Below are positions 42,004 to 55,216 of a stretch of DNA of 64,000 bases, piece after piece (the stretch's first letter is position 1; every line of letters starts with the position of its first letter). This stretch comes from Paraspadella gotoi (Eukaryota > Animalia > Chaetognatha). The notes beneath the pieces were generated by a model. It saw only the letters and a program-made list of their open reading frames with translations, did no database searches and had not been told where the DNA came from. A program made the position numbers and the translations under genes. The stretch lies in NCBI GenBank assembly GCA_051294375.1, contig CM119264.1, forward strand, positions 25,916,450 through 25,980,449, in the 5' to 3' direction.

Positions 42004-43292
42004 TCATCCGGATAAAAAGAAATTAATCGCTTCCGGCGGGACGTAATCGTAGTCTAAGTTTTTTGGCCGAGTTTCCGTGTCAAAACTTGTATCCGAGCGA
42101 ACCTTAAAAAAGTAAGACGAGAAACAAAATGTGCAAAATTGAAAAATGAACTGAAATGAATATGTTCCGAAAACTGCCTCACCTTTCTTTGGTTAGGTTC
42201 TGTATCGGTGTTAGATGTGATACATCCTCGGTAGGGGCTGAAATATATAGTCGAGTTAGAAAATGTTTTGTAAAAGTATTGCCTATTGGCAAACAATCAG
42301 TTTAAATGTTCACATTTGAAAAAACTGACGCAAATACTCACCTACAAAAAGGTCTTTTTTTACGTTTCACGATCCGTGTCTTTTGTTCTTCAGTCTCCAC
42401 ATTTCGTTTTTGTCCGCTTGGCCACATGTTGAAACTCTATTCAGTGTGAATTTGTTTGCTAAGTAATATGTATTAGGCGGTCGGGTACGAATTAAGAAAA
42501 AATACGTAAATTAAAACTTTACCTGTCGAGTCGTGAATGGACGGACAGGTTCGGGCAGACGAGGGAGCTAAGTATCAAAAAAGAAATAGCACAACCGTAA
42601 AAAGCGAGACTAATTTTATTGAGTTAGTTTCGCAATTATTGTATGAAATCGGTAAATCCAACACAAAAATTATCTTTTCATTTAATAAATAAGCTATCTT
42701 TCCCCTGACTTTGGACAGACTTTGGTGGTTTAAAGGAAGCTTTCAATCAAGACTTTCACAGTCCGTTTATTCACTTCCAGAGTACCTGACTTCCCTATCA
42801 ATGAAGTGGCATAATATTTCAAAGAATGTTTCAATTGTATGAAAAGACCACTCCCTTAAGTATTAGATCGGGGAATACCATATTGTACTCCGCACTAGCA
42901 TCAAAATACAAGGAGCTGAATTTTATGAAATATACTTTCAGCTCAGTCATACTTACTCTCATCGGAGGAATTTCAAGTTTTTCCTTGTTAGACCAAGTTT
43001 CAACCGGCCGTGCTGAAAACCTGTTCGGAAATTAAAATTAAATCACAATCAGAAATATAATTTTGTCTGTCGTTATTTCTCTCGCCTTTTCCCGCGCGTC
43101 TCGTCATTTGGCCACGCCCACATGGCTTGGCGTCTGTCTTTCCGTTCGGCGTCGTCTTCTGGCCATCCCCACCAGATTTGACGTCGGTTCAAGTTTGATT
43201 CCCTGAAATTATAAAGAAATTCATAAATTAGTTATTTAGTAAAGTCAGTTCATATCTTTACAATTGAGAGAAAGAGAAAACTTGGGAGAGAG

Positions 43293-43378
<86 letters not shown>

Positions 43379-44668
43379 GTTCACTTCAAAAGAGCACCAA
43401 GTTGCTCGCCCAGGTTCGTTCCCCCTTCTCGCCTGTTGAGACTTCCGTCGTCCTCGGCGTCGGCCATCTTCCCGCTCATTTTGGACAGGAGGCGCAGGAG
43501 ATTCTTCGTGGGCGTCATCGTCGTCGGCGTCGTCGGCTTCGCGAGTCCAAAGAGTCCGCGTTTTCCGAGGCATCCGTGGTATTGGCTGCAAAACGGTCGC
43601 TTGGCAACGGGTTTGCCCTCGCTCTCGAAGGGGGCTCCGCTCTGTGAGGTAAATGTGAGACGTGATGTTGAGATAATTGAATAATGTGAGGTGACGGTCA
43701 GGAAAATCAAAAGCGATCATTAGATTCCAGCATATTAGCAATTTAGCCACGTGTCTACTTCTATGTTTAAGACACGATGAAAGTTAGCGTGGCATAGTGT
43801 ATGCAGCCATGGGTAAGCTTCGCCAAGTTAACTTGCATCGCGTCTTAATCACTTGAGATAAAAATATATTTGGTTTCGATTTTTTTTTAATTCGCGCAAC
43901 CGTACTTGCGAGATAAGTCCACCGTCAGATTTGAAATGGTTCAATATACCAGAAATTAATAAAATTGGTAAAACTAAACTTTAGGAGCACCGGGCTTCTA
44001 AATTTGAAAGTAGATTAGGAAAGTGGATTATAAAGTGGATATTTTAATGAACTTTTTTGTTGTATGAGAGGATCACTTCTTAAATATTATTTAAGTTCAT
44101 AGTAAGTAATTATATTTACGTATTATAAATTATTATATTGTAAACTTGCAAGAAACAAATACAAATAAATAAATATTTTAAAAAATAATTTCATCTGTTA
44201 TATTTTACAATGAGATTAAACAATAAGTATTCAAACATTTTTCTTCCTTATCTTCCAAAAACCGAGCAGTTGCTTTGCTGCATCAAAGAAAAGATTATAT
44301 CAAAGAATATCAAAACAATTATATACATCGTTTAAAAGCTGAGAGATAGTATTACTTGAATATTTATTCAGATTTAAAAAAATCATTAACAGTTTTACAG
44401 TAATGACCTTTTAAATTTTGTCTATATATTTGGACCCACCCCTGTCGATAAACTTTAACCGTATGCAACCCGAAATTACCTCCTCGTTGTCCGACGGTCT
44501 GGTCTCCCTATCGTTCATGCCTTCCGCCACGCCCATCGTAGATTCTCTGTCGCCACGGACCGACGCTCTCCCGTCAAAGTCGCCGCCAACCTCCCGCCCC
44601 TCCACCGCCACCGCCGCCGCCGCCAGGGTAAAGATCAGGAACGGTCGAATCCCATGGCGCCGAAACAT
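42004..44668 (-). CDS. CCAP: CCAP-like neuropeptide precursor, 8 exons, 306 aa, with two PFC-x3-GC peptides and three Q-x4-WP peptides
   Basis: Exons (minus) 44668-44480, 43641-43385, 43202-43086, 43020-42957, 42567-42523, 42436-42342, 42237-42183, 42102-42004 sum to 921 nt in one frame. Signal peptide MFRRHGIRPFLIFTLAAAAVAVEG; KR-PFCSQYHGCLG-KR and KKR-PFCSPYRGCI resemble arthropod CCAP PFCNAFTGC-amide. One intron must be GC-AG; otherwise the CDS stops at 43073 (191 aa). The symbol rests on motif similarity only. Confidence 0.78.
42641..42932 (-). mobile_element. near full-length, circularly permuted copy of the 300-bp repeat, inside intron 4 of the neuropeptide gene
   Basis: Reverse complement matches 15985-16217 followed by 15922-15995, beginning and ending with ATTTCATA. 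Confidence 0.8.
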
Positions 44669-46404
44669 CGCGCGCCCTCTGGGCGTCAAACAAAGAGGGG
44701 ACGGAAAGTCGAGCGAAAGATGAGGTAAAAAAAATTGAGAAATGAGCGGAGAAGAATGAAAGAAACGAAGTCGTGGTTGAGGATAAACTTTCGTTCGACG
44801 CGCCACGAGTTTTTATAGGAGCGGAAAAGCTCGCGCGCGAGCGTCGGGCGGCGGGAGGCGGCCAATTTGCGCGTCATTTTCCGCGTTGACGCAGGGCCGG
44901 CGACGGCGAGGACGGCGGCGTCGCTTTTGTCCCTCGCGATGCACCGCGCACCTGGCGGAGATGATATTGATATTTTACGGGAAACAAAAAAGCAAGCGGT
45001 GACGTTAGCGACATCGACGACGAAAGACGACGACGACCCTGACGACGACGATGAGTGAGACGTTGATAACTACGACAGCTAAAACGACGATGACGTCTAA
45101 CACGTCGACGACTATGACGACGACGACGACGACAAGAATAAAAATGGCGGCAACGACACCGCGGGGATTGTCGTCGCCAGGAATAGATTCGAAATGATCC
45201 ACGATTGTTTCTAGAGACGATGGAAGACGTTTTCATGAAGGTTGTCCGGTTATGACAGTTTCTATTGTATGTCAAAACAAGTCTGCCAAGAGCCAACTAC
45301 CATCATTTCTAGGTACATTGAAAAACTACATTTTACAAAAAACAAAAGGAACGAGACATGAAAGGAATGCCCTGTCGCTGAAGGATTTTAAATTCTTTGC
45401 ATTCTTAACTGACAAACAGACTGAGAGACAGAGAAACAGTGTTGACACAATTTAAAACACAACTAAAAATATTGTCAATATGTTCGTACTATTTATGAAA
45501 TGTTTTTAAAAAATGTTTTAAAAAGTGTTCAGAGTATTGAAAACAAAATAATGCCTAAATATTATGAGTTTGAAAAATGAGAGTCCATCTTCAAATGCAA
45601 ATCATTCATTCTCAATTTAAAACGAGTACGAAGTCTAATTTTGAAATGATTTTTTAAAATGATGGCTGTTTTGGGCGGAGGGTTTCAAATTGTCACCATA
45701 TACATTGTACAAAATATATGTAATAAATTGCGATGAAAACTATCTAAAACGAAAGCTACCCAGCGATCTCCACCGAACTACGTACTTCCTCCTTCAACTT
45801 CGACCTTCGCTTTCGGTTTTCACGAGTCTACTTTCTCTTTTCTCTCTTTCGGCGAAGGACGAACTCCAGGGCCGATCGCGTCGTCAAAAAAAGGCTACGC
45901 GAGTCAGGGACCGACCTCGGGCCTCGTATACTCGTCAAGGCACGGCGCCGGATTAGTCGAGAACGATGAGGGCGGGGGGAGAGACAGAAATAATTTGTTA
46001 GGAGTTAGTGATAGAACCGTTCAATGTAAGCTGTCCCTGAGCTTCGGATCAAGCTGTAACACCGTGTTACAAACTGGTTATGCGCCCCGTCCCTCTTTAA
46101 GTCTTAACTGCTTGACAGCCACCCGGCTGAAATGTTATGACTTTAGATCTAAAAACTTTCTTGAGTTTGCAAATTCGTAAGAAGTTTTATTACATAAGTT
46201 TTTAAACATTTATCCGTCTAATTACTGTTCTGGCTTCTAATTTCTAAATTCTCACCAAGAACTTCTCTTTTTTTCTCTTTTACTTGAAAGAGGCCGGAGC
46301 CCGGATCAGAGTTCTTCTTCGAAAAGTGACAAAAAACGAGTGATGATCCATCTCGTCGTTCTCTCTATCGCAGTTGTTTACATCTCTCGCAGCTCCTACG
46401 CTCC

Positions 46405-46540
46405 TCTGATTGGTCGAAGAATCGTCGCCGGGTCCTTCATTGGCCCGATTGTCTTTTTACTCCTCGCTGATTGGTCGATGGTAGAGCACGGAGCACTTCG
46501 GCAAACCTTCGGCCGACTTCGGCGACTTACCAATGCCTGC
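46405..46540. promoter_or_regulatory. CCAAT-box (NF-Y) promoter region upstream of vinculin
   Basis: ATTGG at 46409, 46439, 46470 (30-31 bp spacing) and CCAAT at 46530; lies between the divergent neuropeptide and vinculin genes. Confidence 0.55.
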
Positions 46541-47240
46541 CTTCAACTGACAGGGCTTCACAACATTTGTTGGTGATCGGCTTAATTAAGTTTTTTCTTA
46601 CGTTTTTTTTATAAATTTCTTTTCTCAGGTTTTTAAACTGATCGTAGAACCGATCACTATTCAGACCTATCTTTGATTCAAGGAAAATGGTCCGTTGATC
46701 AACTGTTCGCTCTTGAAGAATTTTGCGAGGCCCTGTCCACCAGTCGTGAGAATAATGTGGAGATCCTTTTCTGTGCTGTTTCGTTCGAGTCGAGCCAACT
46801 TTTTTTTTGACTTCTAAATAAAGCTGCGCCCTTGGACAACGAGAAAACTAGGAGTAAACAAACAAATAAGCAAATTAACAAACAAACGAACAAAAAGAAA
46901 ACAAACAGACAAACACGGCAACCGATAAGCTCGGCGTTGAAGTTGCGACCATGTGACGTCTTTAGAAATACGCTTGCTCAATAAAAGAAATCATCTTTAG
47001 CCAAGAAACGTTCCGAGAAAAGGGATACTTGCTGGGCGGGAATGTTCGTCCGTTCGTCGTGTATCAAATGAGACAACGGAATACGCCCGGACATTGATAA
47101 AACTCTGCCGGACCAAAAAAAGAAAAAAGTGCGCCAACAATTTTTTTTTTCTGGCCGAACAAAATCGTCGGAAACAGCGCCTTCCGTTTGCACTAAAATC
47201 ACGTGATTTCTTCATCAAACGAAGAGCCTGACGAGTCACG

Positions 47241-47453
47241 ATGCCTGTCTTTCACACGAAGACGATTGAGTCAATATTGGAGCCTGTCGCTCAACAGGTG
47301 AGTAGAGCCTGATATGGAAACAAAAGAATGTAACCGCTTTGTAACTAGTTCAGCTCTAAAACGCTTTCATTCTTTCTTCATCAAATTCTCTTTCCAATTT
47401 TTGAAAGGATTTCCTTCTCAGCTAAAAACGAGGTTTAACGATCCAGAAGAACG

Positions 47454-47489
<36 letters not shown>

Positions 47490-47492
47490 CTC

Positions 47493-47539
<47 letters not shown>

Positions 47540-48165
47540 ATATTCATCTCATCCCATTAAGTCGCGCGTCCACGGTTCCACTCGACAGAAGTCACCTCGC
47601 ATTCTATTCTCTCGACGACGACTCAATTAAGCAATAGAAAGAAGAGAGAAGAGAGAAAGAGAGAGAGAGAGATGAGAGAGAGAGGAAAGAGAATCTCTCT
47701 CTTTTTNNNNNNNNNNNNNNNNNNNNNNNNNGAGACGCGGATCCACGCCTTTGGGAAAGATAACTCATTGTCTTCTCTGTTAATAGTTGCAACGACGTAA
47801 TTGGTGTAATTGGAGTCGAGGTAAAACCGCTCATGAAGGATTTTCTATTAAGAGGATTCCGCGATTCTTTATCATTTCTCGGACTGTGTTCAACTTTCCA
47901 CCGATAAAGCGACATCTTTCTACGCTCGTTTCTGTCGTGTCAGGCGTGTCTCGAACGCGTGCAGTCGCGTGGCGCCATTGTCACGTCTATTCGCCGTCGC
48001 GCAACACGACATTCTGAGATAAAACGGAGGAAGGAGCGTCTGTGAAAGAATCCTATTTTGGAAATCTTCTTTGGGGGGAATTAGTTAGTGATCCAAAAGT
48101 CACCAGTGTTGGACTCAATTACAGATGGTTTTCTATTACAACTGACTGCAGAAAAAGAGTTTCGA

Positions 48166-48197
<32 letters not shown>

Positions 48198-49242
48198 NNN
48201 NNNNNNNNNNNNNNNNNNNNNNNNNNNNNNNNNNNNNNNNNNNNNNNNNNNNNNNNNNNNNNNNNNNNNNNNNNNNNNNNNNNNNNNNNNNNNNNNNNNN
48301 NNNNNNNNNNNNNNNNNNNNNNNNNNNNNNNNNNNNNNNNNNNNNNNNNNNNNNNNNNNNNNNNNNNNNNNNNNNNNNNNNNNNNNCTCTGCAGTTGCAC
48401 AAAGCGTGCAGAGAGCTCCGTTCGTCCTACGAAGTCACTTTTCTTTTGATCAGATTTCATCGTCACGAAATGATTGAGAATTTTTAATTTTTTCGATCCT
48501 GNNNNNNNNNNNNNNNNNNNNNNNNNNNNNNNNNNNNNNNNNNNNNNNNNNNNNNNNNNNNNNNNNNNNNNNNNNNNNNNNNNNNNNNNNNNNNNNNNNN
48601 NNNNNNNNNNNNNNNNNNNNNNNNNNNNNNNNNNNNNNNNNNNNNNNNNNNNNNNNNNNNNNNNNNNNNNNNNNNNNNNNNNNNNNNNNNNNNNNNNNNN
48701 NNNNNNNNNNCAAGGTGCGCTCTCCTTCTCTTCTCTCTTCTCTCTTCTCTCTTCTTCTCTTCTCTCGTCTCTCTCTCTCTCTCATCTCTCTTCATCTCTC
48801 TCTCTCTCCACCTTGACATATAACAATCTCCGGATCAGCGCCGCTCGCAATGTGGGACAACATTGAAGAACAATGTTGTTGTCGAGAAATTTTTTTTTAT
48901 TTTTATCTCGGGGGCTGAATTATCTCCGTTTTGTTCGGAAAACAAACTCGTCGAACATGGAGAGTCGGGTGGGTTTGGGGTAAGAGTGGATGGTGGTGGT
49001 TGAATTTCGTATTCTCCCCTCCCCCCTCGTCTTGTACGTTTCTTAAAAAAATATAATTGTTTCTCCCCTCAACGCCTCCTCCCCCCCAACCCTCCCCCCT
49101 CGCTCATTACGATGTACACGTTTTTTGGTTATCAAAAACAGTTTTTTAAACTGAATTCAGACCAAACATAAAACTTTGTTTATACGAAGAAAAAAGATTT
49201 TGACCTTGGGGGGGAAAAATGAGCATCTTCCCGTCGTCAGTG

Positions 49243-49292
<50 letters not shown>

Positions 49293-51186
49293 CTGAAAGG
49301 TCAATAAAATTTTAAAGTGAACATTCATGTTTATCAAGAGTAGCTTTAAAAGCGCATGCAAGTCTGTATTCTTGAATATTTTATGCTTCTCCTGGGGAAA
49401 CTGTCGTTCATTTTAATCGAAAGAATTATTTGCTTTTGTTATTTTTTTTTTTACATTTTTGTTCACTTTTATTCTTGAAATTATTTTGATTTGATAGCTT
49501 TTTTTTTCTTGCTGAAGAATTATTCACAAATCGACTGTGAGGAGAAGCTGTACATCCAATGCTTAAAAATTTTTACCCTACATCGGTGTTTTCAATGAAA
49601 ATTCTTTAGGGGCCGTCTTTATCTTTACGTTTTCTTACCTCGACCTCTCCTCATCTCTCTACTCTCTCTCACTCTCTCTCTCTCTCATCCTCTCTCTCCT
49701 CTCTCCTCCCACCACTCTCACCTCTTCTCCCTCCGCTTTTCCCTTCGTTTCAAACTCATTCAAAAACTGGATGGTATTAAAAATTCTTTTCTCCCCTCGA
49801 TCCTTCGAAAAAGCTTCGATGTTGTTTTGTGTTTATATTTTCCGAAATGAGATTGGGGAAAAAAAATCGTTGTTGATGTCGTATTAATCGGTGGTCCAAA
49901 CAAAAGGTCATTGATCTTAATTTGTAATTGTATTTTTGGGAAAACGGAAAAGGTTTCTCGTTGTCAACATATCCGTTATCAGCGAGTTGTAAATTAAGGA
50001 TTTTTTAAATTTTTCGTCTCGTGTTGTATGGTTTATTTTACGTAGTCTGGTTATTAATCTAGTCAATATTTAATAATTCACTAAAAAGAATAATAAATAA
50101 AACGAAGAGTCAAGAACTTTGGAGAGGGTGTGGTTCTTCGCCGGCGGCCGAAATTGTCGTACTCGGGCGTCGGCTATTTTGCTGACGGCGCCGGCTGTTT
50201 TGTCGACGGCGGCGGCCGTTTCGCTGACGAAACAGATTTTTGAATTGGATTTTTAAAGGATGAGAGGAAGAAATGTCTCCAAACTGTGATTTGATCCGAG
50301 GAATTATTATTTTTTCCATCAATCTAATACAATTATTTAGTTTTAAGGCAAAATTAAAAATAAAAAGAAAGAAAGAGTTCATGTCTTTCAAGATGAAAGA
50401 AAACTAAAAAAAAAATTTGACTTTAAAAGTTTATCCATAAACCATTGACGTTCGCCGTAAAGAAATAACTTTCATTCATAACAGTACAATCAAAAATGCA
50501 ACCAAAGGAGAAAAAAAAATGCATAACTCGTCACTAAAATATACGAGGACAATAAACAATCCTAATGCTTTTCCCTGTCGAAAGAGAGATTTCTCTTTTT
50601 CGCCAACGGATTTTTTATTTCCAAGAGATTTCGAATTTCGAGGCCGGCGCGACTTTTTACCCAGCAGTATATAATATCGAAAGAGTTAATATCCAATAAA
50701 TGTAAACGGTTAAAAGCCGAAAGAGAGAGGGAAATAAAAGTCCATTTCCCGATATGTAATGGCGGCGTTATGAACAACATTTCCCCAACATTAATCCCTT
50801 AGTAATCGATGTCTTTTACCCGGTTATAAAAAGGGGTTTTTATTAATACTTCGTGCGAATACCCGGCAAATCCGTCCGTCCGTCGATCCGTCTTTTCCGG
50901 CGCTTAATGACGGACGCTATTCTCCCTTCCTCGGCCAGAGATTGATCATTATGATGACCTCCGATAGTAGGGTATCTTCTTGTAGTCAAAACGATGACAG
51001 AAACTGATTAGGAAGATGACAACGACGTAGACGACGACGAAAAAGATGAAATGTGGTTACGAGTTTTTGAATGATTTGATTATTTTCGTAAGCGGTGAAA
51101 AGGTTCAACGGGCGCAGATACGTGATTTTGTGACATGGGTACGTTAAGGAAGGAGATTAGTTTACGTAAATACTACTCCACTTTTT

Positions 51187-51220
<34 letters not shown>

Positions 51221-54200
51221 GCAGAGAGAGAGAGAGAGAGAGAACGCGAAGGAAAGTCTAAATCCATTCAAGCATATACTTTGGTTTTTGTCACAAACTA
51301 TCAGACAGATTTACCTTCAGATGTCACGCGTAATTCTTCTTCGCCTCCACACTCCCTTTTGGTTTTTCCAATCGCATCGCTAGAGAAAAAATCTTTCTGT
51401 CGTTTAGGATTTACGAATAAAAATGTTTTCATTTTCATGCGACTAGAAATGTGGTTTTTTCTTTTTTTGCCGTATTGTTTCATTTTCTTTTACCTCGACA
51501 GGTGGACCGACTGGTCATCCTTCACGAAGAAGCCGAAGATGGGAACGCGATGCCTGATCTCTCTCGACCAGTGGCCGCCGTCAAAAACGCCGTCGATAAC
51601 CTCGTCAGAGTTGGGTAAGGCTTTTGGGTTCGAGTGTTGGGGTGAGAAGTCGGATATGAATGTCATTCTAATAGAATTTAGGCAAGCAATAGAATGAATC
51701 ATTCTATTGCTTGGCTAAATTCACATTCCGGAAAACGTTTAGTCTTTTNNNNNNNNNNTGGGATGAAAGTAAGGTGAGAGAGAAGTGAAGATTAAGATGG
51801 AATATTGCGATTCGTGTCAGAAAAATGGAACATCGCTGCTAAAAGATGCGCTTCCATTTAAAAATTCATGTGCTGCCGAAAAAAAATTTATGCGACGACG
51901 AGGTAATGGAATTTCCAAATGAAAAAAAATATGATTTTCGCAGTTTTTTTCGTATATTCTTTCTCATTAGGGCTAAGAATTACAGGACAGACTCAAGAAA
52001 GACCAGTATTTAGTGACATACATACTACATAGTTGATTACTGCTTAATGANNNNNNNNNNNNNNNNNNNNNNNNNNNNNNNNNNNNNNNNNNNNNNNNNN
52101 NNNNNNNNNNNNNNNNNNNNNNNNNNNNNNNNNNNNNNNNNNNNNNNNNNNNNNNNNNNNNNNNNNNNNNNNNNNNNNNNNNNNNNNNNNNNNNNNNNNN
52201 NNNNNNNNNNNNNNNNNNNNNNNNNNNNNNNNNNNNNNNNNNNNNNNNNNNNNNNNNNNNNNNNNNNNNNNNNNNNNNNNNNNNNNNNNNNNNNNNNNNN
52301 NNNNNNNNNNNNNNNNNNNNNNNNNNNNNNNNNNNNNNNNNNNNNNNNNNNNNNNNNNNNNNNNNNNNNNNNNNNNNNNNNNNNNNNNNNNNNNNNNNNN
52401 NNNNNNNNNNNNNNNNNNNNNNNNNNNNNNNNNNNNNNNNNNNNNNNNNNNNNNNNNNNNNNNNNNNNNNNNNNNNNNNNNNNNNNNNNNNNNNNNNNNN
52501 NNNNNNNNNNNNNNNNNNNNNNNNNNNNNNNNNNNNNNNNNNNNNNNNNNNNNNNNNNNNNNNNNNTAAAAAGCATGATCATTGGGCATCGCAAATGCCC
52601 ATAGTCCAATAAAATAGAGGGCATCTTCCGGGCATCATCGACACCTGGGTTGAAGAAAAAAAAAGGGTGAAAAAGGGGTCATCTTGGGGGCATCGCCTAA
52701 CGGCGTGGGTCCCAAGGAAAAAAAAATAGGTGGAAAAAAGGGGGATGTCAGTCTTTGGGAGAAGGAAAGGCATCTCGGCTGCGGTACGAAAATTCAAGGT
52801 GAAGGAAAAAAAGACAAGAATTTTCTTTTCTCCTTCTTTGATGGTTTTGGACATGCGCTTGGCGAGAAATGCTCAGTTGGAGGGCGAAAAGAGAGTTTGG
52901 GGGGGAAATTGGCGGGAGAGGTGGAGGAAGGGATAGGGGGAAGGGGTGAGAATGGAAAGGAGGTATAAGACAAAGAGGAAATTTAGAAGAGGGGGTGAAA
53001 GAAAAGGATAGGATAATGCTAAGCCTCTATTAAACATTTTCATTGAATCTTTCTGAAATTATTAGGTCAAAATTCTCGGGTAGATCTTTTCTAAAAAAGA
53101 AATATTTCAATGTTTCATCGTCCATAAAAAAAGTATTTAAAAACATTTTTCTTTTTGCTTTTCAGACCCAGGCATAGTTGATGCCCAAGGATGATCTCTT
53201 ATCACCCTTTTTTTCTTCAAACTAGGCGATGACAAAAAATGACCTCTTTTACTATTTTTGTTCTTGAATCAAAGTATAAATGATAATCAACGATAATTTT
53301 ATTTCATCCTTATTTTTCAGACCAAGGCGTAAATGAAGCCTAAATATGACACTTGTCGACCCCATTTCCAGAACCGAATAGTCGGCATTGCCCAAAGATA
53401 ACCCATTTTCACCCCTTTTTTAATTGGACCCAGGCATTCACAAGACTCATAAATGACCCCCTGTACAATCTTTTTGGACCCTGGCATCAACAATGCTCAC
53501 AATTGACCCATTTTATTTTTATCTAGGCGTCGGCGATGCTCAAAGATGACCCGTTCTCGGTCCTGGCCAGAAAAAAGTTGATCGACGGCTCGAGGGGAAT
53601 TCTCCAGGGAACTTCCAACCTTCTTTTGGCTTTCGACGAGTCTGAGGTGATTGGCTTGGGGTGTCGTGGGTAGTGGGGTTGGTGTTGGTAGAGAGTGAAA
53701 GGGGGTTTTGGGAGTGATGACATCAAGGTGTGACATAGTTCACGTTTAAAAGATTCTTTAAAGTGCTGGCTGAAGATAATGAAACTTCTAGACTTATAGT
53801 AGCGGTTGTTACTGTTCATAGAAAGAAGTAAAACGTTGTTTGCTGTTTAAAAAAGATATAAATTATTGTTAACAATGATAAAGTTTTCGCTCGGTGAACG
53901 CTTTTCAACAATTTTATCATCTCAAAAATTTTATGGAACAGAATTATTTAAAATGAAAATTATAATAAATTTACCGATTATTTTCCTATATAATAAAGCA
54001 TATTCGGATATTGGTTGGTCAAAAAAATAGTAAGAGCGAGAACGAAAGGGTGATGGAGTTTTCTTTCATTTTTTTTTTCTTAGAAATGCCCGCGGGGGCG
54101 AGCCCTGCAAAGAATGCAGACGAGAAGAGGATCGATTCTCGAGATCCGCGATAATTAAGATTCCATTAGCAACCATAACATTTTTTTATCGCCCCTTTTT

Positions 54201-54328
54201 TCTTTTTTCTTTCTTTTTTCTGTTTTTTATTTTCATTTGCGAGACTGTGACAGAGTGCCTTTTTAATTATTATGTTTTTAATTTTTTTTTAACGGCGTTT
54301 ATTTATCATTGGAGAGAGCTCTCACGCA

Positions 54329-54398
<70 letters not shown>

Positions 54399-55159
54399 AA
54401 ACAATTTTCACATCAATCGACGTCCGTTATTTAATACTCTCATTTCAATCTATACTTTTTAAACTAACGCAGACTCCTGCGCTCAAAAAAAGTTATAATA
54501 AATCTAATGCCAAAATTAAATTCTCATATTGAGAAAAAAAAAACAGTAAAATGATTTGGGAATTAATCTGAGGATTGTAACGATTAAAGAGAATTAAGCA
54601 ACGCACTAATTGCTTCCATTTACGCGGCAAATTTCTAGTTTCTCTTTTTTTAAAAATTCATTTTAAAAAATGCGTAATTAGAGAAAGCCATAGGAATGTG
54701 GAATGTCTTAAATCTCTTTAAAGAGTCAGTTTCTAACCGCGAAAAGGGAAATTGTGGTCGAAAGTCCAGAAGTACGACTGGTTATATTTAGCTGAAATTT
54801 TTAAAAAAATGTTTCTAGAGAGGATGATGATGATGATGATGATGATGAAGATGATGACAAGAATGATGATGATGATAATAATGATGATTTTGATGAAGTT
54901 GGTGATGATGTCGAAAATGACACTGTCTGTTGTCATTGAGACAGTTTTTTGGTTATAATTATTTATATTTTATCGATATTTGTAAACATTTTTCACATCT
55001 TCCGTCCTTAGGTTCGGAAAATCATCCGCGTTTGCAAACAAGTGTTGGAATATCTCGCCGTCTCTGAAGTCGTGGAGACCATGGAAGATTTAGTCACATA
55101 AGTGCACATTCGTCAAAGGTGAAGAGAGAGAGAGCAGAGAGAGAGGAGAGAGAGAGAGA

Positions 55160-55216
<57 letters not shown>

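Noticed and set aside
42523-42625. Signal-peptide-like frame (ISLAFYGCAISFLILSSLVC) suggesting a separate second CCAP gene
   Set aside because: No in-frame ATG without assuming an indel; the stretch is better read as the polypyrimidine tract/acceptor of exon 5, which keeps frame and yields the third Q-x4-WP peptide.
45995-46150. Short hairpins (TGTAACA-CCG-TGTTACA, CAGCC-ACCC-GGCTG) as a possible ncRNA
   Set aside because: No convincing C/D, H/ACA, Sm or Pol III motifs; short stems are expected by chance.
48042-52624. ORFs containing long X runs
   Set aside because: Artefacts of N gaps.
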